32,666 bases of DNA from an uncultured Candidatus Saccharibacteria bacterium (GTDB taxonomy: Bacteria; Patescibacteriota; Dojkabacteria; SC72). The stretch spans positions 11,168-43,833 of the forward strand of contig CAZULJ010000005.1 of the NCBI GenBank assembly GCA_964621195.1. Reading direction: 5' to 3'. The stretch's first letter is position 1. Each line of letters starts with the position of its first letter. The notes beneath the pieces were generated by a model, which was not told the origin of the DNA, did no database searches, and saw only the letters and a program-made list of their open reading frames with translations. Shown piece after piece: positions 1-8,756 of the stretch. The position numbers and the translations under genes are program-made.

Positions 1-2
1 AC

Positions 3-851
3 TTTGCATATTTCTATCAAGGAGAAAAGTCTGCAAGATTTAGGGTAAATGCATATTTCACAATGAAGAACCTTGCTGCAGCATTTAGGTTAATTCCTTC
101 TAGAGTCAAAACAATAGAAGAATTACTACTACCTCAGATATATCACAGATTTGGACAATTAAAGCAGGGATTGATACTTGTAACTGGTCCTACTGGTCAT
201 GGTAAGAGTACTACACTCGCAGCAATCATTGAAGATATTAATCAGACTAGATACTCACACGTTGTTACCATAGAAGACCCGATTGAGTATGTATTTGAAG
301 GAAAGAAAGCCCTCATCGATCAAAGAGAGATGAACGATGATACACACTCTTGGAATATTGCACTTAGAAGTGCATTAAGACAGGATCCCGATGTTATCCT
401 AGTTGGAGAAATGAGAGACTATGAAACTATTGCAGCTGCAATTACTCTTGCTGAAACGGGACACTTAGTGTTTGCAACATTGCATACAAACAATACTGCT
501 CAAACGATTGATAGAATCATAGATGTGTTCCCAGAAAATCAACAACCTCAGATAAGATCCCAATTATCTAATATCCTTGAAGCTGTAGTTGCTCAAAGAT
601 TGGTACCTTTGGACAAAGGCGGAAGAAGAGCTGTATCTGAGATTTTAATTGCGAATCCAGCTGTACGTAATCTTATTCGAGAGGGTAAAACACATCAGCT
701 TGATAATGTAATTAGGACAAGCTCTGATATTGGAATGGTATCCTTAGAAAGGTCTCTTGTAAATCTTGTTCGTGAAGGTGTAATTACTGTTCAAAAAGCT
801 CAGGAATATTCTATATATCCTGAGGAAGTTTTAAGATTATTAAAGAGTTAA
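3..851 (+). CDS. pilT: Type IV pilus retraction ATPase PilT (5'-truncated by the window edge)
   Basis: Walker A GPTGHGKST, Asp box EDPIE, Walker B LVGEMRD, His box TLHT and AVRNLIRE (PilT AIRNLIRE motif). The frame stays open upstream of ATG 63 (FAYFYQGEKSARFRVNAYFT), so the true start lies before base 1. Confidence 0.95.
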   Translation, partial: FAYFYQGEKSARFRVNAYFTMKNLAAAFRLIPSRVKTIEELLLPQIYHRFGQLKQGLILVTGPTGHGKSTTLAAIIEDINQTRYSHVVTIEDPIEYVFEGKKALIDQREMNDDTHSWNIALRSALRQDPDVILVGEMRDYETIAAAITLAETGHLVFATLHTNNTAQTIDRIIDVFPENQQPQIRSQLSNILEAVVAQRLVPLDKGGRRAVSEILIANPAVRNLIREGKTHQLDNVIRTSSDIGMVSLERSLVNLVREGVITVQKAQEYSIYPEEVLRLLKS

Positions 852-854
852 TAG

Positions 855-2096
855 ATGAAAAAATTCAGATATTCAGCAAGAGATGCTAACGGTAAAGATA
901 TAAGTGGGAAGATTGAAGCGAGGGACTCTGATGCAGTTGCTGAGATTTTACATGATAGAGGATTAATTGTTGTTAATATTAAAGATGAATTCGCTATTGA
1001 TTTCGAAGAACTAGCTGAGATAAATATCGGTGGTATACCGATGAAAGAGAAAGTAGTCTTCATGAGACAGATGGCAACTATGGTTGGTGCAGGTTTACCT
1101 CTTACTCGTGCTTTAGAGATTATGGAACAGCAGGTAGAAAATCCCGCGTTCCGAAAAATTATTACCCAAGTAAAAACGAATGTTGAAGGTGGTATCAGTC
1201 TCTCTGCATCTTTCAGGCAAGCAGGGGATGTTTTTGACGATGTCTCATTGAATTTAATTGAGGCTGGTGAATCTAGTGGTAACCTCGATATTATCCTTAC
1301 AAAGTTAGCAGTGGAGCTTGAGGAAAGTAAAAAGCTTGCAGACAAATTAAGAGGAGCTTTGATATATCCAGTAATAATCTTGGTAGTCATAGTCGCGGTT
1401 GTAGCACTCCTTATGTTCATCCTTGTTCCTTCTATGGCAGAAATATACTCAGAATTTGGGGCAGAACTTCCATGGGTTACTACATTCCTTATAAATATGA
1501 GTAATTTTACCCTTAAGTATTGGTGGGTTATAGCTGTGACTATCGCTGTTGTTATTTTCGGTGGTAAGGCATATTTAGGAACTCCTGGTGGTAAAAGAAA
1601 CAAGGATAAAATTATGCTTAAGATTCCAGTTATAGGTACGATTGTTTCAAAGATGCAATTAGCTCAGTTTACTAGATTGCTTGCCCTACTTTTAGGTAGT
1701 GGTCTTTCTATAATCAGAGCTTTGGAATTAACTGCACAATCTCTAAGTAACGATATGTACAAAGAGGTTATTATGGAGTCAAGGAACGATGTAGAGAAGG
1801 GAGGATCTCTTGCAATCCCTATCGCTAGAAGTGAGTACTTCCCATTAATTGTGAGTAGTATGATCGCCGTTGGTGAGGAAACCGGAGAGTTGGATAACGT
1901 CTTGAACAAAGTTGCAGAGTACTACAAAGATGAGGTAGATGTTGCAACCTCTAATATGTCTACTTTGCTTGAGCCGGTCTTTCTTATAGTAATGGGTTTG
2001 GTAATCGCATTTATAGCATTAGCTGTATATATGCCTATGTTCCAGTTGTCTGATGTAATGACTATGGTTGTTGACATTGTGAGCTTGATTGTGTAA
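855..2096 (+). CDS. pilC: Type IV pilus platform protein PilC (GspF family)
   Basis: Two T2SSF-type repeats (F.RQMATMVGAGLPL / FTRLLALLLGSGLSI; LIEAGESSGNLD / MIAVGEETGELD), three TM segments, directly after pilT. Confidence 0.93.
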   Translation: MKKFRYSARDANGKDISGKIEARDSDAVAEILHDRGLIVVNIKDEFAIDFEELAEINIGGIPMKEKVVFMRQMATMVGAGLPLTRALEIMEQQVENPAFRKIITQVKTNVEGGISLSASFRQAGDVFDDVSLNLIEAGESSGNLDIILTKLAVELEESKKLADKLRGALIYPVIILVVIVAVVALLMFILVPSMAEIYSEFGAELPWVTTFLINMSNFTLKYWWVIAVTIAVVIFGGKAYLGTPGGKRNKDKIMLKIPVIGTIVSKMQLAQFTRLLALLLGSGLSIIRALELTAQSLSNDMYKEVIMESRNDVEKGGSLAIPIARSEYFPLIVSSMIAVGEETGELDNVLNKVAEYYKDEVDVATSNMSTLLEPVFLIVMGLVIAFIALAVYMPMFQLSDVMTMVVDIVSLIV

Positions 2097-2099
2097 TTT
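2071..2099 (+). promoter_or_regulatory. Candidate sigma70 promoter for the major pilin, embedded in the last codons of pilC
   Basis: TTGACA (2071-2076), 17-nt spacer, TAATTT (2094-2099), 34 nt upstream of ATG 2134. The -35 is perfect and the -10 matches at T1, A2 and T6 only. Confidence 0.5.
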
Positions 2100-2133
2100 T
2101 TGTATATAAATTATTTAAAACTTTTTACCTAAT

Positions 2134-2661
2134 ATGGATAGAAAATATTCAGCATTCACACTCGTAGAAATGCTTATCGTCATGGGTATCTTAATAATCC
2201 TTATGGCTGTAGGTATTACTGCTGGTAGATTTGCTATAAACAGGGCTAATGACGTTGCACATCAGAATGCTGCAGATCAGCTATTCACAGCATTACAAGC
2301 ATACTATACTGATAATAGAGAGTATCCTGTTATAGATGGTACTGCTGATTTTGGTGTCGCAATTTCTGCAGGTGGGGTACTCAATACTTACATGGGAGAT
2401 GGTGAATTTACAGGTGGTACAGATGCAACATTCTACTATTGGATTGATGACCTAGGACAGTCCGTACTAGTTTGTGTGTCAAAGGGCGGTATTGGAGATG
2501 AAACCTTAAGAGGATATTACTGCACCGGTAATGGATTCGGTTCAGACTCTGGTATTACAACCAAAGAAGTCGCTGCGAACGCAAATCCTAACGAGGAGCC
2601 GGGTGGTGGAACAGACACGTTCTTTGCTGATGATTGGGATGGAACTAATAAGACATTCTAA
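2134..2661 (+). CDS. Type IV pilin, probable major pilin
   Basis: Class III signal MDRKYSA|FTLVEMLIVMGILIIL with E5 and Ala instead of Gly at -1. It has one C-terminal Cys pair, an upstream promoter candidate and its own terminator. Confidence 0.88.
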   Translation: MDRKYSAFTLVEMLIVMGILIILMAVGITAGRFAINRANDVAHQNAADQLFTALQAYYTDNREYPVIDGTADFGVAISAGGVLNTYMGDGEFTGGTDATFYYWIDDLGQSVLVCVSKGGIGDETLRGYYCTGNGFGSDSGITTKEVAANANPNEEPGGGTDTFFADDWDGTNKTF

Positions 2662-2682
2662 GATTGTATAGAATTTGTTTTT

Positions 2683-2711
2683 AACCCCCTCTTTGAGGGG
2701 GTTTTCTTTTT
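2683..2711 (+). terminator. Intrinsic terminator after the pilin gene
   Basis: Perfect 9-bp stem AACCCCCTC-ttt-GAGGGGGTT followed by TTCTTTTT. Confidence 0.85.
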
Positions 2712-2723
2712 CAGTAATGCATA

Positions 2724-2729
2724 TATAAT
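2724..2729 (+). promoter_or_regulatory. -10 box 5 nt upstream of the pilD ATG (candidate leaderless promoter)
   Basis: Perfect TATAAT at 2724-2729 and ATG at 2735. No clear -35 was found. Confidence 0.5.
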
Positions 2730-2734
2730 GGAGT

Positions 2735-3499
2735 ATGCATATTTATTTCACAATTGTCATTTTTGTAATAGGTACTACGATTGCAAGCTTTTTAAATGCA
2801 TTGCTGTATAGAATTGATAACGGATATAAGTATCCGGAAATATTTATAAAAGGCTCTCACTGCGAAAAGTGTAGTAAACAACTATCTTGGTATGAATTAA
2901 TACCAATTATATCTTTTGTAATATTTCGTGGAAGATGTAAACAGTGTGGATATAAAGTACCACTCTACTATCCAGTATCCGAGTTTTTTCTTGGTTTATC
3001 ATTTGCATCATCTTTTTACTTCCAGCAGAATTGGAGTATATATATCTTGATTATTTTCCTCTTTACCTTTTCATATTTTGATAGGATATATAAAGGTATA
3101 CAGAAGGATTTAGTGCATATTTTCTTGGGATTTGCATTAGTATCCTTTGTTATAAATACTGTTGTTATTGGGGAATTACCAGCAAATTCGATACTATTCT
3201 CTCTGATACTTGCACTTTTTATCTATCTACTAACTAAGTTGCTAAGAAAACCCTTTGGAATTGGTGATATCTTAGTCCTTATCGGTATGGGTTTTATATT
3301 ACCAATATATATATACATTGGCTTTATATATACCTTCCTGCTTACCTCCTTAATATATGCATTGATTATGATATGTCTTAAGAAGGCAACATTGAAAACT
3401 TCTATGCCCCTACTCCCTTTTATGTATATATCCTTCGGTATTACAATATTACTAGGTGAATATATTCTCTTAATTTTAGAAGCAACAAATCTAATATGA
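2735..3499 (+). CDS. pilD: Prepilin peptidase PilD (A24A family)
   Basis: Zn-binding Cys pairs (SHCEKC ... RGRCKQC), ELIPIISF, catalytic Asp motifs (YFDRI and GIGD), multi-TM protein. Confidence 0.93.
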   Translation: MHIYFTIVIFVIGTTIASFLNALLYRIDNGYKYPEIFIKGSHCEKCSKQLSWYELIPIISFVIFRGRCKQCGYKVPLYYPVSEFFLGLSFASSFYFQQNWSIYILIIFLFTFSYFDRIYKGIQKDLVHIFLGFALVSFVINTVVIGELPANSILFSLILALFIYLLTKLLRKPFGIGDILVLIGMGFILPIYIYIGFIYTFLLTSLIYALIMICLKKATLKTSMPLLPFMYISFGITILLGEYILLILEATNLI

Positions 3500-4062
3500 A
3501 ATATAAAGGTTTTACTTTGGTAGAAGTGTTAATCGTAATGGGAATATTAATCATCCTTATTGCCATAGGTGTTGGTGTTGGTAGGTATGCAATAGATAGG
3601 GCGAACAGGGTAAAGCATCAAGATGCTGCAGATCAACTCTTTACCGCTTTAGTAAAATACAAACTAGACAACAAAGTATATCCAGGCATTGGTACATGTA
3701 GCGGTTGCATTGATGAGCAGTTTTTCGCAGAAGCTCTTGGATATAAAGGAACAAATTCTTTGCTGAAAAATTATGTAGAAGATGGAGCATTCGATGGCGG
3801 TACTGATGCCTCATACTATTACTATGTAGATCCAGTCACAAAACAATTTGCAATAGTGTGCGTATCGTTCGGTGGTATAGATGATGAGGAGAATAAAGGG
3901 CACTACTGTACTGGAGATGGTATTGGTACTCAACCAGTTGGTAACCCCCTAACAAAAAATGAAATAGGTTCTGTGGAGAGTGGAGATGCTGCATATGTAG
4001 ATATTATTCGTGGTTTTGATGTATCAGACTGGCAGCTAAATGAAGGCTTTGCAGTAAACTAG
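3496..4062 (+). CDS. Type IV pilin, paralog of 2134..2661
   Basis: MKYKG|FTLVEVLIVMGILIIL. Shares AADQLFTAL, GGTDA.YY, CVS.GG..DE and YCTG.G with the first pilin. ATGA overlap with pilD. Confidence 0.88.
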   Translation: MKYKGFTLVEVLIVMGILIILIAIGVGVGRYAIDRANRVKHQDAADQLFTALVKYKLDNKVYPGIGTCSGCIDEQFFAEALGYKGTNSLLKNYVEDGAFDGGTDASYYYYVDPVTKQFAIVCVSFGGIDDEENKGHYCTGDGIGTQPVGNPLTKNEIGSVESGDAAYVDIIRGFDVSDWQLNEGFAVN

Positions 4063-4066
4063 TATA

Positions 4067-4095
4067 TTGTTTATATATGAGCTTTCTGTTAAATT
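4067..4095 (+). promoter_or_regulatory. Candidate promoter for the minor-pilin operon
   Basis: TTGTTT (4067-4072), 17 nt, TAAATT (4090-4095) with an extended -10 TG at 4087-4088. ATG is at 4125. Confidence 0.5.
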
Positions 4096-4124
4096 TAATA
4101 TAGATTACTTTTTAATCAAAAAAG

Positions 4125-5045
4125 ATGTTTAAGAAATCTGCCTTCTATTACGGTTATACCTTGGCCGAAATCCTTGTAGTTCTAATGATCGTTATTATCC
4201 TTGGTGGTATGGGAGCATATTCTTTCTCAGGATTAAGAGATACTATCTTAGTAAAACAGAATATTGAAGAGATAAAGCAGGACATGCAGTTAGTTCAACA
4301 GAAGGCTATGTTAATTGAAAAAAGATCAGATGAGGGGTGGATATACGGTATTGGTATAGATTTTAGTCATGTAAACGAAGGGAGGTATACATTCTTTAAG
4401 TGGTGTTCACCATTCCCATCATATGGTGATCCTGCTACAAGATCTGAGATAATAGCTTACAATCCAGATCTTGGTGATATTGGCTATCCTTTGGGTGATG
4501 GTACATTCAACGGAATTTTACCAACAGATCAGGAACATGTTTTCTTAGAGGAAAGTTTCTGTGATCCTACATTAGGAACTGCTGTGGTTAGTATGCCTGG
4601 TCTTGAAGAGGGTAAAATTAATGCTGGTTTTAATATCGGTCTATTAAATGATGCCAGGTATGTTGTGTTTGAAGCCGTAACCGGTCGTGTTTTCCTATAC
4701 AAATCTGATGGATGGCCAATAAACTATAACGAGTCTGGAGAATATGATCCAGCGCCTGTATTAGGAATTGTAATTATGAGAAATCAAGGCCAGATGGCAG
4801 ATGTTTTACAGATAGGTTCTTTGTCTGGTGCTGTAACACAAAGCACTGTTAAAGATCCTGAGATTTTGGAATACATCATCCCTGAGACTCCGATTGATTT
4901 GGATCCTGTTCCTGACCCTACAGAGGAAGAACCACCTTTTATCCATCCTCCTGCACCAATAGACCTTGAAGACCCTATTGATAACTGGATATTACCTGTT
5001 CTTCCTGAATATAATGAAATTGATCCTTATAGACCTCTTTTATAA
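4125..5045 (+). CDS. Minor pilin, FimT/GspH-like position, with a Pro/Asp/Glu-rich C-terminal tail
   Basis: G|YTLAEILVVLMIVIILGGMG class III signal. First of four consecutive minor pilins. Confidence 0.75.
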   Translation: MFKKSAFYYGYTLAEILVVLMIVIILGGMGAYSFSGLRDTILVKQNIEEIKQDMQLVQQKAMLIEKRSDEGWIYGIGIDFSHVNEGRYTFFKWCSPFPSYGDPATRSEIIAYNPDLGDIGYPLGDGTFNGILPTDQEHVFLEESFCDPTLGTAVVSMPGLEEGKINAGFNIGLLNDARYVVFEAVTGRVFLYKSDGWPINYNESGEYDPAPVLGIVIMRNQGQMADVLQIGSLSGAVTQSTVKDPEILEYIIPETPIDLDPVPDPTEEEPPFIHPPAPIDLEDPIDNWILPVLPEYNEIDPYRPLL

Positions 5046-5611
5046 TGCAATTAAAGAAGAAATCTAAACAATATGACGGCCTTGGTTTTGTAGAAGCTTT
5101 AATAGCTATTATGGTATCGGGAATAGTTGCAACTGTTTTAATAAATATCGCAGCATCTGCAATGAGAGAACTCATTAAACTAGATATTGAAGATGCACAG
5201 GCCCATCATGCAAGATCTGCTGCTGTTATCGTTCAAAATATGGCTAATAAAGAAAGACTGCAGGATGATGAAAACATCTTTGAAGACTTAGAAGAGAACA
5301 CCTGTTATCGAATTGATAAAAGTGGTGATAATTACGAATTTTACGATATCAATGGTGATGGAAGGTATACAGAAGGCGAAAGAGATAGATATAAGACGGA
5401 AGCAATAATAACGGATGGTGTAAATGACAATGAAGAGGATTACTTTAGGATAGTGTGTATTGAGAGTAATACTAGGGCGAACGCAGATCCTTCCGATGAC
5501 ACCAATAAAGTATTTATTAGTGTAATTATTGGTTTTAACAAGGTTGATGGGGAATTTACTTCCTCTGCGAATGTAAAGGATTATAAATATTATGCATTGA
5601 TAAACCTATGA
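5045..5611 (+). CDS. Minor pilin, PilV/GspI-like
   Basis: G|LGFVEALIAIMVSGIVATVLI class III-like signal with E5. TAATG-type 1-nt overlap with the upstream gene. Confidence 0.72.
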   Translation: MQLKKKSKQYDGLGFVEALIAIMVSGIVATVLINIAASAMRELIKLDIEDAQAHHARSAAVIVQNMANKERLQDDENIFEDLEENTCYRIDKSGDNYEFYDINGDGRYTEGERDRYKTEAIITDGVNDNEEDYFRIVCIESNTRANADPSDDTNKVFISVIIGFNKVDGEFTSSANVKDYKYYALINL

Positions 5612-6309
5612 TACACAAAGGTAAAAAATATGAAGGTTTTAGTCTAGTGGAGATGTTACTAACGATTGGTATCTTAGGAATCATCACACTATTAGTAGCT
5701 ACGACTCTCACTACATTAATAAAAGTATCAATTGTTTCTAATGCAAAAAATCAAGCTAGAAATGATATCAACTTTATAACCGAACTAATGCATAGATCTT
5801 TGGGAAATACAAATGTTGGAGATGTTACATTATATAATTCATCTGCTGTGAGATTTTTCGATGTGAGTACTATGACTGTTGTCGATGGTGCACCATTGGG
5901 AACTACATATTCTAGCCCTACTCTTATTACCGATACACCATCTAATGAGATTCATGTAAGATCTTACGGATACAATATATGGAGCTGTATAGGCTTCTTC
6001 TTTGATTCTAGAGAAGAGTATCGCGATTATGGATATCTTGTAAAAACTTCTAGGTACTCTTTAAATGATCACTCCGAATGCTTTGATGGAAGTTTACCAA
6101 ATTCGTATGTAGCTTTACTGCATAACTATTCAGTGAATGTAATAGATTTTAGTGTTGAATATCTTGTTGTTGGTGATGATAACGATAATATGTTTATCAT
6201 AAATACAGTAGTGGAACCACTCAATTGGCCAGAGGGCTTTAGTGTTCCAGTTAATAGGGAAATAACAAGACAAACCACGGTATCTACTCAAGGTTTGACT
6301 TGGTATTAG
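5608..6309 (+). CDS. Minor pilin, PilW/GspJ-like
   Basis: EG|FSLVEMLLTIGILGIITLLVA. ATGA overlap with the upstream gene. Confidence 0.78.
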   Translation: MIHKGKKYEGFSLVEMLLTIGILGIITLLVATTLTTLIKVSIVSNAKNQARNDINFITELMHRSLGNTNVGDVTLYNSSAVRFFDVSTMTVVDGAPLGTTYSSPTLITDTPSNEIHVRSYGYNIWSCIGFFFDSREEYRDYGYLVKTSRYSLNDHSECFDGSLPNSYVALLHNYSVNVIDFSVEYLVVGDDNDNMFIINTVVEPLNWPEGFSVPVNREITRQTTVSTQGLTWY

Positions 6310-6329
6310 TTAATTGTTAATTTTTATAT

Positions 6330-7292
6330 ATGACAAAAAACATAAAAAGTATGTACTCTGGGCAAGCAATTGCCATCGTTATGGTTATACTTGTAGTTGC
6401 AACTGTATTGGGAGCATCACTCTACTCAAGAACACTGAAAAACAAGGATGCAGCAATCAATACAAAAGATTCAATGCTCGCAGTTGAGCAAGCAGACAGC
6501 TTACTTGACCTATTTGTCCGTGCCGACTATCAATTCCTCCAAGATATGTATGCCACTATTCAACAGGATGGAGAAAAGACTTTTGATGATCTTGGTCAGC
6601 TTAGAACTTTTCTGTCAGACTATAACATAGATACTGGGCTGTTGGACAAGGAGGATGCATGGTGTGATGATGGTAGTACAGGGTCATCAATAAAACTAAC
6701 TATTAGCGAAGCAGATCCTGCAGACTTTGTTGATGTTCGAGTTGGTTCTTCAAGAGTTTTTAATTTGGCAGAAAGCGGGCTTGTTGCAACTGCCCCATGT
6801 GGTGTTACTTTGACCTTTGAGGCTAGAGACAACGCGCCTACAATATTTGTGGTAAAGGAAATTTATGGAGATGGTACACATATTGAAGAGTATGTTAACG
6901 ATGGTGCCTCCGTTGACGATATGATTGCATACTGTTTTGAACCAGATGGCTCGGCATGTTCAGATATCTCTGGGTTTGCGGCCCCAGCTGGATCCTTTCA
7001 AGCTCTTAGTGCAGGTAGAACTCTCGGTATAGATTTTGCTAAAACAAGAAATGGGTATCCACTTGCTCAAATTAGAATTATACCTTTGAACTTAACTTTA
7101 GGGGTATCTCATACTCCAACAGGTACATGTACTGGAAATGAGTTCTCATATATGAAAGTGAATGCTGCAGTTAACTGCTATGGATCCTTTAGAGAGAAGC
7201 AGATTATGATCCCAGGTGCTGATAGTCTTGGCTACTCTTCACTTTTTGACTATACTATTTACAATATTGGTACATTAAGACCTAATAACTAA
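6330..7292 (+). CDS. Minor pilin, PilX/GspK-like
   Basis: SG|QAIAIVMVILVVATVLG lacks E5, as is typical of PilX/GspK. It is the last and largest of the four-gene minor-pilin set. Confidence 0.72.
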   Translation: MTKNIKSMYSGQAIAIVMVILVVATVLGASLYSRTLKNKDAAINTKDSMLAVEQADSLLDLFVRADYQFLQDMYATIQQDGEKTFDDLGQLRTFLSDYNIDTGLLDKEDAWCDDGSTGSSIKLTISEADPADFVDVRVGSSRVFNLAESGLVATAPCGVTLTFEARDNAPTIFVVKEIYGDGTHIEEYVNDGASVDDMIAYCFEPDGSACSDISGFAAPAGSFQALSAGRTLGIDFAKTRNGYPLAQIRIIPLNLTLGVSHTPTGTCTGNEFSYMKVNAAVNCYGSFREKQIMIPGADSLGYSSLFDYTIYNIGTLRPNN

Positions 7293-7309
7293 ATTAACTA
7301 TTAGATTGT

Positions 7310-7696
7310 ATGGCAGAGCAAATTAGAAAAATATTGATAGTAGAGGATGAGGCTCCCCTACTCGATTCTTATGCAGAATTAGTAGAAGCTGCAGGGTTTG
7401 TACCTCTAAAAGCTCTTGATGGATATCAGGGTTTAGATATATTGGCAAACAACATTGGCCAGATTGATCTAGTATTACTTGACCTTATGATGCCAGGAGT
7501 TGATGGCCTTGAGGTTATAAAAACGATAAAGGCAAATGAAGAAAAGTATGGAGAGATGCCAATAGTTATTCTTACAAACATGACTAGTGAGTCCGTTGTT
7601 AAGGAAGCTTTCAATATCGGGGCATCATCATACTTAGTAAAAACAGATCTTGATTATGAAGGTCTTATGAAAGAGTTAGACAAGTTCTTAGGTTAA
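7310..7696 (+). CDS. Single-domain response regulator (CheY-like receiver)
   Basis: ILIVEDE, phosphoacceptor LLDLMMPGVDG, IVILTN and YLVK. No output domain (128 aa). Confidence 0.93.
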   Translation: MAEQIRKILIVEDEAPLLDSYAELVEAAGFVPLKALDGYQGLDILANNIGQIDLVLLDLMMPGVDGLEVIKTIKANEEKYGEMPIVILTNMTSESVVKEAFNIGASSYLVKTDLDYEGLMKELDKFLG

Positions 7697-7727
7697 GGGA
7701 ATCTTATTTTTATAGCTGCCCTGGAAA

Positions 7728-8756
7728 GTGAAAATAGTTTTAAACAAAAGAAAATCTTTCTGGATTGTTTTTATGGTTTTATTCCTGTCTCTCCTAATAG
7801 GCTTAGTATATTTTTTCTATTCTAGCAACTTGTATAGGAATTATTTTTCTGGAAGATTTGATAGGTACGGAGAACTACTTTCTAAATGTGATGAAAAAAC
7901 AAATGATGGGAAGAGAATTTATAAATGTTCTGCACTTCTGAATTACGTTGATGTAAGTAAACAAGAGAAGGATTGTATTATCTTATCATATATTTCAGGT
8001 GATCCAAGTATTGAAAACAAAGAGATTTGTGAAGATTTTGAAATTATTGAATGGGATGAAGAAGTATTTAAAAAGGAAGAGAGATTTCCCGTATATCTAG
8101 AATTTATATATACTGGGAACTACATTCAGGGTTTTTCACTTGAGAAAATTCAAATTGAGTGGATGACAGATGATGAAACATCGATATTTACAAATTTACT
8201 TTCAGAGATTGGTGTCTCACTTACGAATTTAGCCACAAGGAGAGATTACAACATAGAACAGAGTGGATATTACTTCCAACCCCTTTCTGAAGAATTTTTT
8301 AATGGTAGTGTTGGAGTTGTTAATTTTGCACAAGCCAGAATTAAGGAATTTGCATTTGATGAAGGTATTGTAACTGTAAATTCTGAACTACTTATCAATG
8401 GGTTTTCAAGAGAATTAACATTAATAAGTAGGAAATTCCTCTATCAAAGAGATCCTATGGATGAGAATCTGCTAGAGGTTAAAAGAGAGAATTTATCTGA
8501 CTTAGATTTTAATAAAGAATATCAATTATCTGCTTTTTATCTTACTAAGTCAATTGATGAAGAGACATTTAAGAAAAAATGTTCAAACCCTGAAGAGATT
8601 GACATTTTTACACAAGCTTTTTGTTCTAGCTTTGAAACTTTGGAGATATCGGAGTATGTAATAGATATTGAGAAGTATTTAAATGAACAATTACTACTCG
8701 AGGGGGGCTTGCAACTGGATAAGGTAAAATTTTTTTATCTAGTTACATATGAGTAG
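7728..8756 (+). CDS. Hypothetical single-pass membrane protein, cassette 1 partner (paralog of 15174..16208)
   Basis: GTG start, N-terminal basic residues plus a TM helix, six Cys alignable with 15174..16208. Overlaps the next gene by 8 nt. Confidence 0.75.
   Translation: MKIVLNKRKSFWIVFMVLFLSLLIGLVYFFYSSNLYRNYFSGRFDRYGELLSKCDEKTNDGKRIYKCSALLNYVDVSKQEKDCIILSYISGDPSIENKEICEDFEIIEWDEEVFKKEERFPVYLEFIYTGNYIQGFSLEKIQIEWMTDDETSIFTNLLSEIGVSLTNLATRRDYNIEQSGYYFQPLSEEFFNGSVGVVNFAQARIKEFAFDEGIVTVNSELLINGFSRELTLISRKFLYQRDPMDENLLEVKRENLSDLDFNKEYQLSAFYLTKSIDEETFKKKCSNPEEIDIFTQAFCSSFETLEISEYVIDIEKYLNEQLLLEGGLQLDKVKFFYLVTYE

Noticed and set aside
848-1909. Antisense ORFs 848..1603 and 1664..1909
   Set aside because: They lie entirely opposite the well-supported pilC and have the composition of shadow frames.
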